64,000 nt of DNA. Origin: Candidatus Omnitrophota bacterium (GTDB taxonomy: Bacteria > Omnitrophota > Gorgyraeia > 2-01-FULL-45-10). The stretch covers positions 8,518 to 72,517 of the forward strand of contig JAUYOL010000015.1 in the NCBI GenBank assembly GCA_030695905.1, in the 5' to 3' direction. The position numbers were made by a program, and so were the translations under genes. Under the pieces are notes generated by a model. The model ran no database searches, was not told where the DNA came from, and was given only the letters and a program-made list of their open reading frames with translations. Shown piece by piece: positions 10,201 through 17,548 of this stretch (the stretch's first letter is position 1; every line of letters starts with the position of its first letter).

Positions 10201-10434
10201 ATTGAGGTCTATGGCGGACAGCCCAATAAGCAGGCGGCCGATCTTTTGACGAACTTCGATCCCGGCAGGATGATATGGCATGGTTATACAGGCGCCGCGG
10301 GATGGATGCTGCGTCAGGCTATGGAGGGCGTGATAGGCGCGTCTTTGGTGAAGAACGAACTTATTATGCCGTCAGACCTGGATAAGCCAAGAGGAGAATT
10401 AAAGATAAAAAGTGTCCGAAGGGAATGCGCATAG
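4291..10434 (+). CDS. Giant (2047 aa) polytopic membrane protein. It has a signal peptide, a periplasmic N-domain, a membrane region of about 750 aa, and a C-terminal region of about 1000 aa resembling a GH94-family glycoside phosphorylase / cyclic beta-1,2-glucan synthase C-terminal domain.
   Basis: A strong RBS aggag precedes the start, and there is a signal peptide. Many hydrophobic helices lie between roughly aa 200 and 950. The C-terminal part contains GFYQTSGAYGFRDQLQD and GVGDWNDGLDE, which resemble the GH94 (alpha/alpha)6-barrel catalytic motifs. This is an uninterrupted 6.1-kb ORF. Confidence 0.6.
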   Translation: MRRLLLIAAALVSVLTSNVQASDNQPSFSIIDAKEKGIFNIGPAVGDVVSKQEESAKKEVLVLDYSIFKGAIIGVWTKGFPKGINQEAVDAVKVGLKVQNDEYLDTISVKLEIKGSKDVQSVPLRLKKGWNYVKETINWNTIGDLKEVVFVVSPVTINPTGGDPMWWFSTQEAPTAKSNGKTDGMLYIDLDFYKLTFLQKYFTFIKYGLVLILGLILGLVTLIFSELFGKKHKAGSVKRAVPTAGFTLSSIKRDLLYGIAAVSIIGISMAAFSVGSARLLDSGIRFEFLAIGLAGAVITWVIKRGLTGKNLTAVEVFQDIVLTGILAAASSRQAVLQAPSSWADILVFSNLIAGITLLIYHVANLCSISSSGRHLKFVTGLLIAITPYLFNWLLLLENVSIPHMLGNLLTFNLLSAWPAISGIMGRVVIVFIFNEVVTNMISIAIDGKALKTLKAHLFTFFVSLAISVSPDIADLGSTKIIASLPVLLRAIASIITTMLSYAGLWGEVYLITGMILDGIKRVAPSREAVSKNIITGMRKGMAYSGILVAFMYALKMLLDANTVQSIAKSFPVIVGIAVGAAVFPLLKTIIETFDGSLPFFQRMRYSYRDGTLYARGAVAGFGFAYMVTQGFIQKTMSERILFGTTTGLIASGGISILRDIFYAIKHQGKIQSWRLYFTDSIFGAFAGSALAFYIDALQVPVVIEKFKLYMSSGLPPADYVTYPLINKWGRVNLGTYSGGPKLLFIESLAGVINWSIAAWLFAVNKVFMQAFFDKDKTPIKFFFSKAGFAQLMEHMLYVLRWGLWMSPIIFTFLRMMPNPTWYNQDGAIRTAVAIYNNITMSPETFNAWSLKVFVYVLAFDIFRVLIWMDHMGLRVATLVNLSFIGMDKLDEKVSRFIGPAAAQRYIPEGIKRFATWAPLLIPFYLPRGQDWDYAWSTAEGIQSASKDAGLVANINSLGLPEKITLIFAAIALFTILSFVGRLWGKRIKERKDRNYELTNGEYKVTVKDTGEVFSESIYKEHDVSRRSYDIIDPCGRILYLVDASESSDSKKRYWPVVGNFPKKQFEPSKIQKNEDSIEFVNVANGVSASVNITIPDPDDMAEMWAIKLENTTDKKRELKVVPYLEWVLNRALDDRFHTQYQRLYPEMEYLSELNTMLSWQKSTKAMGILASDIPAQGILSSRVDFIGRAQSIWSPRALETLKFLPAGDTASHPTFDPIGSLLLGVSLEPNSSKTFNILIGYSKNKKAALELINKHLKPKGIKKPAVEKKSPFIGHGEIPAGTPKPYFRYEDNGNKLIVNTPYTPRPYDHALSNAIHSVMVTNRGLHTSCNGNSQQNRLTPDWPDIATKEIPTEAIYLYDENNGSWYSPTYHPLNDKNAKYESEFGTDGTAVFRMLRQAVSTELKVFVPHDDPLGVYLLKINNNSDKPLKMRVAPYFEMTLAFQPERSGPLQAKRDKVSGALLYENPRNIFRSGWAFASMSLPSQKFETRRGRFFGNGRGVTNPYMVEKGESDKTQFTDDRAIASFIGTVEIPAGQEREIAVILGQTDTKKDALSLARKYNDIGLVKKALDDTRNWWMKLMGTLSVQTNKPEFDYYQNWLKYQALAERIWARRGFYQTSGAYGFRDQLQDTVNLIWIDPALARKQLILHASQQFIEGDVFHWFFTLTDGRTSFSCRSHASDNPVWLAWGIVEYIRATGDHSILDEMTSYVVSEFPFAPLPKNKQGWGHMYHRSTRSDTVYKHCMRSIDLILKKRSGKHGLPLMGVGDWNDGLDEIGSEGKGESIWLGFFLYYILKGMVDIIEMKDGPSRKEYYVKRMAKLKSALEDTWRGDRYLRAFHDNGMEIGVKDSGIWEIDALTASWAVIAGMDFDRCVTIFSTALQVLEKDNAILLGWPALREDSKPYLGRSSKYPEGVRENGMYCHGVQWLIRAARIIAEEFDKKGNQDKAGEYRATAYRLWLKVSAIWHMTEKEIEVYGGQPNKQAADLLTNFDPGRMIWHGYTGAAGWMLRQAMEGVIGASLVKNELIMPSDLDKPRGELKIKSVRRECA

Positions 10435-11249
10435 TCCATAAAGTATTTTTTACCCTATTAGTATTTATCTTAATAACTGTATCGGCGGCATCTGCCGCCG
10501 ATACAGTCCAGCCTAAATCAGGTATCTTACACACCAAAGATGGTATAATCATTTCATACGACCATTACAAAGAAGGTTCGAGGCCCGTCATTATAGTGTG
10601 CCCCGGATTTTTTAACAGCAAAGACAATAGATGGATGCGCAGATCCGTCGAGATGCTTAATTCTAATTATGACGTGATAATATTCGATTTTCGCGGTCAC
10701 GGAAAAAGCACAGGCAAATATACATGGTCGGCAAAAGAGTACATGGATCTGGACGCGGTTATAGATTACGCGAAGTCTTCTGGGTATAAATATATAGGCA
10801 TACTTGCTTTTTCTCTCGGCGCGGCCGTGGCGGTGAATGAAGCCGCCGTAAGAAGCGACATTGACAGTATGGTGCTTATAAGCTGCCCTTCAAGATTCCA
10901 GAGCATAGACTACTGTTTCTGGGAGCCCGGGATGTTTTCTGACTTAAAAGACAATATGGAATGTAATTGGCAGGGCAAGGGCGCGAAATTTTCGAATATA
11001 TTTATGCATAAAGAAGATCCGATAGACTCGATACGCCTTATAAAAAACACACCTCTGCTTTTTTTACAGGGAGACAATGATTGGGTAATAAAGGCCAGGC
11101 ACGCCAAAAAATTATATGACGCCGCAATATCAGAAAAGAAGCTCGGGATAATAAAAGACGGGCTGCACGCCGAGAGGCTATTACAGTTTCATTATGATGA
11201 GGTTAAAGATCTTGTGTTAGACTGGTTTTCCAAAACAATAAAGTCATAG
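10425..11249 (+). CDS. Secreted alpha/beta-fold hydrolase.
   Basis: A signal peptide, then FDFRGHGKSTG and a nucleophile-elbow-like AFSLGAA, then a GDNDW..H acid/His region. It overlaps the stop of the giant gene. Confidence 0.6.
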   Translation: MRIVHKVFFTLLVFILITVSAASAADTVQPKSGILHTKDGIIISYDHYKEGSRPVIIVCPGFFNSKDNRWMRRSVEMLNSNYDVIIFDFRGHGKSTGKYTWSAKEYMDLDAVIDYAKSSGYKYIGILAFSLGAAVAVNEAAVRSDIDSMVLISCPSRFQSIDYCFWEPGMFSDLKDNMECNWQGKGAKFSNIFMHKEDPIDSIRLIKNTPLLFLQGDNDWVIKARHAKKLYDAAISEKKLGIIKDGLHAERLLQFHYDEVKDLVLDWFSKTIKS

Positions 11250-11253
11250 TCAG

Positions 11254-12444
11254 ATGGATATGAAATTGTCCAAAGTTAAAAGCGTCCGTTATTGCATTGT
11301 TTTTGTATTGTGCGCCTCTATCCTCGCGGGATGCTCGTCCATACCGATACAGACATCATCGTCATATTTTAAGGATCTTTATAAGCGTATCCAATATACC
11401 ATGGACGGCCGGTACAGAGTGGTCGATATCTTCTATGCCACGACCAGAAAGTTGAATGAAAATAAGACATCATCCATATATTTTACCAATAAAATTTCCG
11501 ACAGCCTGGCGACAGGAGAACTTAATATAAAGATAGACCCGGGGTTAAGGATAGAGAAGATGCTGCCTAAACGCCTGAAAAGAGAAGGTATAATAGGCAT
11601 ACAGGATATAACTAAGTCCGACGAAGACGCGTTTATAAAAAAGTTATCGGATACGGTAAAATCATCGCCGCATAAATCCCTTCTCGTCGTTGTGTTTGGT
11701 TACAAAGATGATTTCGAGGCCACGGCAATTAAGGCGGCATATTTCGCGTATCTGCTTGATATAAATACTCCGGTACTTCTTTTTGATTGGCCCGGAGATC
11801 AGCCCGTTGATATAGGCGGTTATAAAAATGCCCAGGGGTTTGCTACGGAGTCAGGACACCGCCTGGGAGAGCTATTAATAAAGATAAACCGTGAGGTTAA
11901 GCCTGAAAAGCTATGGGTTAAAGCGTCCAGCCTTGGCTGCCAGGTTGTATGTGATGCCTTTGATCAGATGTATAAATGTTCGGACTGTTCCGACGCCGAT
12001 ACGGAGATAGATCATGTTATATTGGCCGCTCCTGATGTTAGCCAGGACGAATTCGACAACAAATTTAAGGAGCAATTAATGGCGCTTTCAAATAGGCTGA
12101 CCGCGTATGTCTCTTCCGACGATGAAGCGCTGCTTGTAAGCGGCCTCATAAATGACGATAGGAGGCTTGGCCGTCAGAAACCCAGGATAAAGGATCCGGC
12201 GCAGCTTGAGGAAGCGAAGAATCTATTATACTTGAAGTCTCAAAATCCGGACAGGGTAACCGTTATCGACGTGACGCCGATAAATTACGCGAGCTACAAG
12301 CACGGTTATTATCTTGAGTCTCCGGAATTCTTCGATGATTTCTATATGCGTATATTTGGTACAAATCCGAGTTTAAATCGCAGATTATATCTTCTTAAGT
12401 TCAAAGACAAGACCGATTATTGGGTCTTGCAGGGCAATAGGTAG
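11254..12444 (+). CDS. Lipoprotein, alpha/beta-hydrolase-like (DUF900-like esterase fold).
   Basis: A lipobox LAGCSS follows the signal peptide. It has KASSLGCQVV (xSxLG elbow) and a downstream D/H. Confidence 0.45.
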   Translation: MDMKLSKVKSVRYCIVFVLCASILAGCSSIPIQTSSSYFKDLYKRIQYTMDGRYRVVDIFYATTRKLNENKTSSIYFTNKISDSLATGELNIKIDPGLRIEKMLPKRLKREGIIGIQDITKSDEDAFIKKLSDTVKSSPHKSLLVVVFGYKDDFEATAIKAAYFAYLLDINTPVLLFDWPGDQPVDIGGYKNAQGFATESGHRLGELLIKINREVKPEKLWVKASSLGCQVVCDAFDQMYKCSDCSDADTEIDHVILAAPDVSQDEFDNKFKEQLMALSNRLTAYVSSDDEALLVSGLINDDRRLGRQKPRIKDPAQLEEAKNLLYLKSQNPDRVTVIDVTPINYASYKHGYYLESPEFFDDFYMRIFGTNPSLNRRLYLLKFKDKTDYWVLQGNR

Positions 12445-12464
12445 TTAAGACATCAAAAAGTGAT

Positions 12465-12493
12465 TTGACGCGCCTTCTCTTTTGCAATACAAT
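12465..12493 (+). promoter_or_regulatory. Sigma70-like promoter: TTGACG, a 17-bp spacer, then TACAAT.
   Basis: A near-consensus -35 at 12465-12470 and -10 at 12488-12493. The predicted TSS is about 12500, inside the annotated TTG-start of the GNAT ORF. Confidence 0.4.
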
Positions 12494-13108
12494 GATCGTG
12501 TGCAAAAGATAACTGTAAGACGAGGGAAGCCCGAAGACGCCCACCATTTTTCCGAACTCGTTGCGTTATCAAGTCCCGCGCTTTTTTTAGTCCTCTTTGG
12601 CTCAAAAGTAAAAAGATTGATGGAAAAACTCTTTCCGCATAAAAGGCACTACTATAGCTTTGACAGGTCTTTCTTTATTGAGGTCGACGGAAATACGGCG
12701 GGTATGGCGCAGTTGCACAGATTCAGACCCAGAAGAAGAGAAAAGATAAACCTGACTTTTCTGCTTATGAAGTATATGAATTGGCGCCTGCCTTCGAGCG
12801 TAGCCCCACTTTTAATGTCAGAAAAGATCATCAGAGATTTTTCAGGCAGAGACTGTTATTTGAGTAATGTCGCGGTCTACCCCGAATATAGAAGCCTTGG
12901 CCTTGGTTCAAAACTATTAGGCGCCATCGAAGAAGAAGTAAAGAGCGCCGGTAAAAATAGAATAGTGCTTCATGCGGATGCTAAAAATCATGGCGCAATC
13001 AGGTTATACGAAAGGCTCGGATACAGGATAGAAGAGAAGTCCCCCACTCTTAAGATTAGAAATAAATATTTTGATTATCTTATTATAAAAAAGAATCTTG
13101 CTTCTTAA
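12482..13108 (+). CDS. GNAT-family N-acetyltransferase. The true start may be the GTG at 12500.
   Basis: ITVRRGKPEDAHHFSEL (GNAT N-terminus); acetyl-CoA binding motif A VAVYPEYRSLGLGSKLL; and ..RLYERLGY. Confidence 0.7.
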   Translation: MQYNDRVQKITVRRGKPEDAHHFSELVALSSPALFLVLFGSKVKRLMEKLFPHKRHYYSFDRSFFIEVDGNTAGMAQLHRFRPRRREKINLTFLLMKYMNWRLPSSVAPLLMSEKIIRDFSGRDCYLSNVAVYPEYRSLGLGSKLLGAIEEEVKSAGKNRIVLHADAKNHGAIRLYERLGYRIEEKSPTLKIRNKYFDYLIIKKNLAS

Positions 13109-14468
13109 CTCTTCCCAGGTAGTAATACCAAAAGTCCAATCCCCTGTAACACTCCGACGCGGATGTATCTATTAAGGTATCGCTATCTATGCCGAACTCG
13201 GAAAGCTTATACAGGTTATCATTCTTCAACAGTTTGTGTTTTAGCAGTATTGCCGAGCCTATAATATTCGCCGGCATCCCTTTACGCAAACCCTCCTTAT
13301 TATTGCCATTACATATAAGATGATACTCCAGATTTCCCGATAAGACGCTCAAAATTTGTATTGCTATGGATATGAATATGAGAATAACGGCAAAATATCG
13401 CGCCAGACATTTTTTGGAGATAAAAATATAAAGCGGAAATAACCAAAGAAATATTGTCGGCACGAGAAGCCGCGGCCCCCAGCACCATCCGCCGTACCAC
13501 ATATGCCACATGGATATCGCGATAAGATTCGATAGTATTATGGATACAAAGAATACCGCTTCCCTGCGATAGTCCTTAAAAATTTTTATATAACCTATCA
13601 CGCTTAATATAAGTATTGGATTATATATAAATATTCCTTTATCCAGATAGTACAGTAATTTCGGGATATTTGTCTTTATGCCGGATAGATAGAACATGCC
13701 CGCTTCAGCGCCGTAACCAAATTCGAATATATCATGAAATCTTATATAGTTTAAAGATAGGCTAAAGCAGATAGCGCCCAGGATAAACGATAAAAATATC
13801 AGGCCGTGGGCGGCAGCGCGTTTTATATTCTCCTTATTTATTAGCCATATATAAACAAGGAACGGCGGCGCATATATTAAGTTAATGGTTCCTATCAAGA
13901 TAAGGAAAGCGTATGACGTGCCCGCCGCCAACAAACTATTTTTTGTATTTTTCAGGGTAAGATATACTGAAAGTATCAGAAAAAAGCCTTGGGTTACTTC
14001 CGAGAAGGTCCATATGCTATAGCGCCACTGCATCGTTGCCAGGCCCAGCACAAAAGCCATTATTACCGCGGTCTTTAATGGGACATAGAATTTTTTATAT
14101 AGCATGCGGAAGAATATTGCCGCCGCGCCGGCGCCGAAGAAGATATTATAAAAAGATACCAGAAAATTTACTATGAACTCTTTTGGGGCCGCGCTTATAT
14201 GCGCGATAAGCTTTGAGGCAAGAATAAAAGGGATAAATATTACCGCAAGGCCTATTCCGTATTTTGAATAGTATTTCCCATCCCGGGATTCAAAGCAATA
14301 CCCTCCTGTGTGCTCATCTATGGCCAGAGAGCCTTTCTCAATAATGGATTCCGCGGTGAGAATAGAGAAATGGGTGTCGCTTATCTCTATGAATCCTTTT
14401 GCCGTGATAAGATATATCAGGCCGAGCAGGCAGAATATGAGGATAGCGCTTTTTGTTGTCTTATCCAT
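13083..14468 (-). CDS. Polytopic membrane glycosyltransferase-like protein (ArnT/PMT/GT39-like).
   Basis: About 12 TM helices and the motif WHMWYGGWCWGPRLLVP, which is reminiscent of GT-C family transferases. It is divergent from the GH3 gene. Confidence 0.45.
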   Translation of the reverse strand: MDKTTKSAILIFCLLGLIYLITAKGFIEISDTHFSILTAESIIEKGSLAIDEHTGGYCFESRDGKYYSKYGIGLAVIFIPFILASKLIAHISAAPKEFIVNFLVSFYNIFFGAGAAAIFFRMLYKKFYVPLKTAVIMAFVLGLATMQWRYSIWTFSEVTQGFFLILSVYLTLKNTKNSLLAAGTSYAFLILIGTINLIYAPPFLVYIWLINKENIKRAAAHGLIFLSFILGAICFSLSLNYIRFHDIFEFGYGAEAGMFYLSGIKTNIPKLLYYLDKGIFIYNPILILSVIGYIKIFKDYRREAVFFVSIILSNLIAISMWHMWYGGWCWGPRLLVPTIFLWLFPLYIFISKKCLARYFAVILIFISIAIQILSVLSGNLEYHLICNGNNKEGLRKGMPANIIGSAILLKHKLLKNDNLYKLSEFGIDSDTLIDTSASECYRGLDFWYYYLGRVKKQDSFL

Positions 14469-14511
14469 AGCGTATATTATATAATAATCACAATAAATAG
14501 AGGTTTAAAAA

Positions 14512-16167
14512 TTGCGCATAGCGTATCTTGCTTTAAAAATACTGGCGCCTAAAGCCAGGCATTTCGAGAATTCCACAAAAAAACCCATAGAGGTTCAGAA
14601 AAAACTGCTTTTCCAATATCTGCATCGTAATAAGAATACCGAATATGGAGTCAAATATCACTTTTCGCATGTGAAATCCATCGGGGATTACCGCATGCTC
14701 GTTCCAATGAGCGATTCCGAAACCATCTTTCCGTATGTAGAGAAGATTAAGAAAGGGACCAATAATATCCTCACGAAGGATAAAGTTGTATTTTTCGGGC
14801 TTACAAGCGGCACCACCGGAAAACCGAAATTCATTCCGGTGACAAATTTTTCCCGGAAGAAGAAAGCCGAAGTGATGGATCTCTGGGCGTATTATATATT
14901 GAAAGATCATCGCGATGCATTGGACGGGAAGGTGCTTGCCATAATAAATCCCGATGACGATGATGCGACGGATATAGGTATACCGGTGGGCGCCGAAAGC
15001 GGTCATGCGTATAAAAATATGCCGCGTATGATAAAAAAGTTTTACGCGGTGCCTTACAATGTGTTTATGATACAGGATTACGAGTCCAGGTATTACTGCA
15101 TAGCGAGGATAGCCCTGGAAAAGAACGTAACTACCATTGCCACGCTGAATCCAAGCACTATCGTTCTTCTTTGCCATAAGATAGAAAAATATAAAGACGA
15201 GCTTATCGAGGATATAGAGAAGGGGACTTTAAGTAAGAATGTAAAAGTGCCGCCTTACGCAAGAAACGCTTTTGAGCGCACTTTCAGGCCGAATAAAAAA
15301 AGAGCCGATGAATTAAAGAATATTCTAAAAGAAAAAAAAGAGTTGCTGCCGAAATATTTTTGGCCAAACCTTAAACTCATAGAGTGCTGGAAGGGCGGGA
15401 CTGTAAAATTATACCTAAGAGAATTGCCGCAGTATTTCGGCGGCGTTCCCATAAGAGATTTCGGCTGCCTTTCAACGGAAGCCCGCAGCTCGATACCTAT
15501 GAGCGACACGGGAGCCGGCGGGGTCCTCGCGATAAACACCAATTTTTATGAATTTATTCCAAAAGAAGATATTGGAAAGAGCGAAAAGCGTTTTCTTTTG
15601 TGCGATGAACTGGAGAAGGCTAAAGAATATTATCTTATAGTTACTACTCCGGGCGGATTATACAGGTATAATATAGATGATATAATTACCGTTACCGGAT
15701 TTTATAACAGGACGCCTGTCATAGAATTTGTGCAGAAAGGGTTAAACGCCGTTTCTATAATGGGAGAGAAGCTTTATGAGTCTCAAGTGAATGAGGCGGT
15801 AAACAGGGCTGCCGATAAACACAAGCTTCTTATAGCCTTTTTCTCCGCCTGCGCCCAGTGGAATCCGCCAAGATATATATTTCTTGTGGAGTTTGGAAGA
15901 AACGGCCAGAGTGTGAATAAACAGGCATTATTAAGATCCATAGAGGAAGAGCTTGGTAAGGAAAATTCCGAATATAAATATGTCCGCGATTCGCAGCTGT
16001 TAAAGCCTCCTGTGCTGAAAGTAGTCAAGGCGGGAGAGTTTGAGAAGTATCGCGTCAGGCGTGTTAGTGAAGGCGCCAACGATAGCCAATTTAAAGTAGC
16101 CGAATTGACGGCCAATGCAGATTTTGAGAAAAACTTCGCGGTGGAGGAAGAGATCTGCCTGGATTAG
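14512..16167 (+). CDS. GH3-family (auxin-responsive GH3-like) adenylate-forming acyl-acid amido synthetase, copy 1.
   Basis: LTSGTTGKPKFIPVT matches the GH3 SSGTTxGxxKxIP AMP-binding motif. It has YRYNIDDIITVTGF, is 551 aa long, and uses a TTG start that aligns with the paralog's N-terminus. Confidence 0.75.
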   Translation: MRIAYLALKILAPKARHFENSTKKPIEVQKKLLFQYLHRNKNTEYGVKYHFSHVKSIGDYRMLVPMSDSETIFPYVEKIKKGTNNILTKDKVVFFGLTSGTTGKPKFIPVTNFSRKKKAEVMDLWAYYILKDHRDALDGKVLAIINPDDDDATDIGIPVGAESGHAYKNMPRMIKKFYAVPYNVFMIQDYESRYYCIARIALEKNVTTIATLNPSTIVLLCHKIEKYKDELIEDIEKGTLSKNVKVPPYARNAFERTFRPNKKRADELKNILKEKKELLPKYFWPNLKLIECWKGGTVKLYLRELPQYFGGVPIRDFGCLSTEARSSIPMSDTGAGGVLAINTNFYEFIPKEDIGKSEKRFLLCDELEKAKEYYLIVTTPGGLYRYNIDDIITVTGFYNRTPVIEFVQKGLNAVSIMGEKLYESQVNEAVNRAADKHKLLIAFFSACAQWNPPRYIFLVEFGRNGQSVNKQALLRSIEEELGKENSEYKYVRDSQLLKPPVLKVVKAGEFEKYRVRRVSEGANDSQFKVAELTANADFEKNFAVEEEICLD

Positions 16168-16209
16168 CTTAGCGAAAAAGGTGTTTAAAATATCGAAAGG
16201 ATATAAGGC

Positions 16210-16533
16210 ATGGACTTTGTTTCGATGAAGACACAGATCAAGAATGCGGGATTGGATAATATTCGTACCGACAACGACGATTATCTGGAGGCAGTGATCA
16301 AAAGAGAGTCGATAGACAATATTATACAGGCGCTTGAGAGTGTATTTGGCAAGCCGGCATGGCCCTCAAAAGATAAGTTGTCCTCCCCGGTGCAAAAACT
16401 TGTTAATGATTACGGAGGCTTAAGGAAAGGGCAGACTTTATTTTCCATTAATGGCGACGGGGTATTGGTATTTGCCATGCTTTGGCCGTGGCAGGATGGT
16501 GAAAGAATTACATTGAAGATGGGCAAAGCCTGA
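16210..16533 (+). CDS. Hypothetical small protein (107 aa) within the GH3 cluster.
   Basis: A clean ORF with an RBS aaagga. No recognisable motif. Confidence 0.35.
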   Translation: MDFVSMKTQIKNAGLDNIRTDNDDYLEAVIKRESIDNIIQALESVFGKPAWPSKDKLSSPVQKLVNDYGGLRKGQTLFSINGDGVLVFAMLWPWQDGERITLKMGKA

Positions 16534-16555
16534 GATAGGCCGGGAGGGTAGAAAA

Positions 16556-17539
16556 ATGAAAAATCTCATAACGGGCGCTACGGGTTTTGTAGGAAGTCAT
16601 ATCGCGGAAAGGCTCATCAAGGAGGGCGAAGAGGTTATAACGCTGGTCAGAAAGACCAGCAAGACAGATTTTTTAAAGAACATAGGCGCAAAGTTCGCTT
16701 ACGGAGATATTAATGATGTAGATTCGATAAAAGACGCGATGAGAGGCATAGATATAGTCTATCACAGCGCTGCGCTCGCCGATGAATGGATATCGCCCAA
16801 GCAAGCCCGCCGCGTCAATGTTGATGGGACGAGAAATTTACTCAATTGCGCGCTGGAAGCGAAAGTAAAAAGATTTGTATTCATAAGCAGCCTCGCTGTT
16901 CTCGGGATGAGAGATCACCATGGAACAAACGCTGATGCTCCATATCATAAAACGGGCGACAGTTATATCGATACCAAGATAGATTCCGAACAGCTCGTTA
17001 TGGGTTACTACAAAAAATATGGTTTGCCGGTTACCGTGGTAAGGCCCGGGTTTGTATTCGGCCCGAGAGACAATAAGCTGATACCGCGTCTTTCCGACAG
17101 GCTCGGAAAAAAGCAGTTTATGTTTGTCGGCAGCGGCAAGAACAAGATAAATTCCGTTTATGTCGAAAACCTCACAGACGCGATAATACTTGCCGCCAGA
17201 AGCGACAAGGCGATAGGTCAGAAGTATAATGTTACCAATGACAGCGGCATGACGCTGGAAGACCTGGTATTCAAAATCGTTGATATCTGGAAGTTCGACA
17301 AGCCCAAAAAGCATATTCCCAAAGCCATGGCTTATCTGGTATGCCATGTACTTACCGCCATCGCGCGCCTCACAAAGGCCAAAGAGCCGCCTTATATTAC
17401 AAAGACGCGTATAAAATTTTTGTGTTTAAACCTTGATTTCGATATTGCGAAAACAAGAAATGACCTCGGCTATGTTCCGCGAGTTTCGATAGAAGATGGT
17501 TTAAGAAGAACCAAAGAATGGATGCAGAAGAAAGGATAG
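16556..17539 (+). CDS. NAD-dependent epimerase/dehydratase (extended SDR, 3-beta-HSD/dihydroflavonol-reductase-like).
   Basis: ITGATGFVGSHI Rossmann motif, a YxxxK region (YIDTK), 327 aa. Confidence 0.8.
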   Translation: MKNLITGATGFVGSHIAERLIKEGEEVITLVRKTSKTDFLKNIGAKFAYGDINDVDSIKDAMRGIDIVYHSAALADEWISPKQARRVNVDGTRNLLNCALEAKVKRFVFISSLAVLGMRDHHGTNADAPYHKTGDSYIDTKIDSEQLVMGYYKKYGLPVTVVRPGFVFGPRDNKLIPRLSDRLGKKQFMFVGSGKNKINSVYVENLTDAIILAARSDKAIGQKYNVTNDSGMTLEDLVFKIVDIWKFDKPKKHIPKAMAYLVCHVLTAIARLTKAKEPPYITKTRIKFLCLNLDFDIAKTRNDLGYVPRVSIEDGLRRTKEWMQKKG

Positions 17540-17548
17540 CGCCGCAAA

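Noticed and set aside
14533-15177. 214-aa minus-strand ORF inside GH3 copy 1, plus many other 60-190-aa antisense ORFs in the track (for example 2609-2974, 7500-8066, 8737-9270, 20384-20887, 43954-44463, 45937-46494, 60359-60790).
   Set aside because: Each lies entirely within a longer ORF on the opposite strand or in another frame that has clear family motifs. They have no RBS or promoter and biased, low-complexity composition, so they are shadow ORFs.
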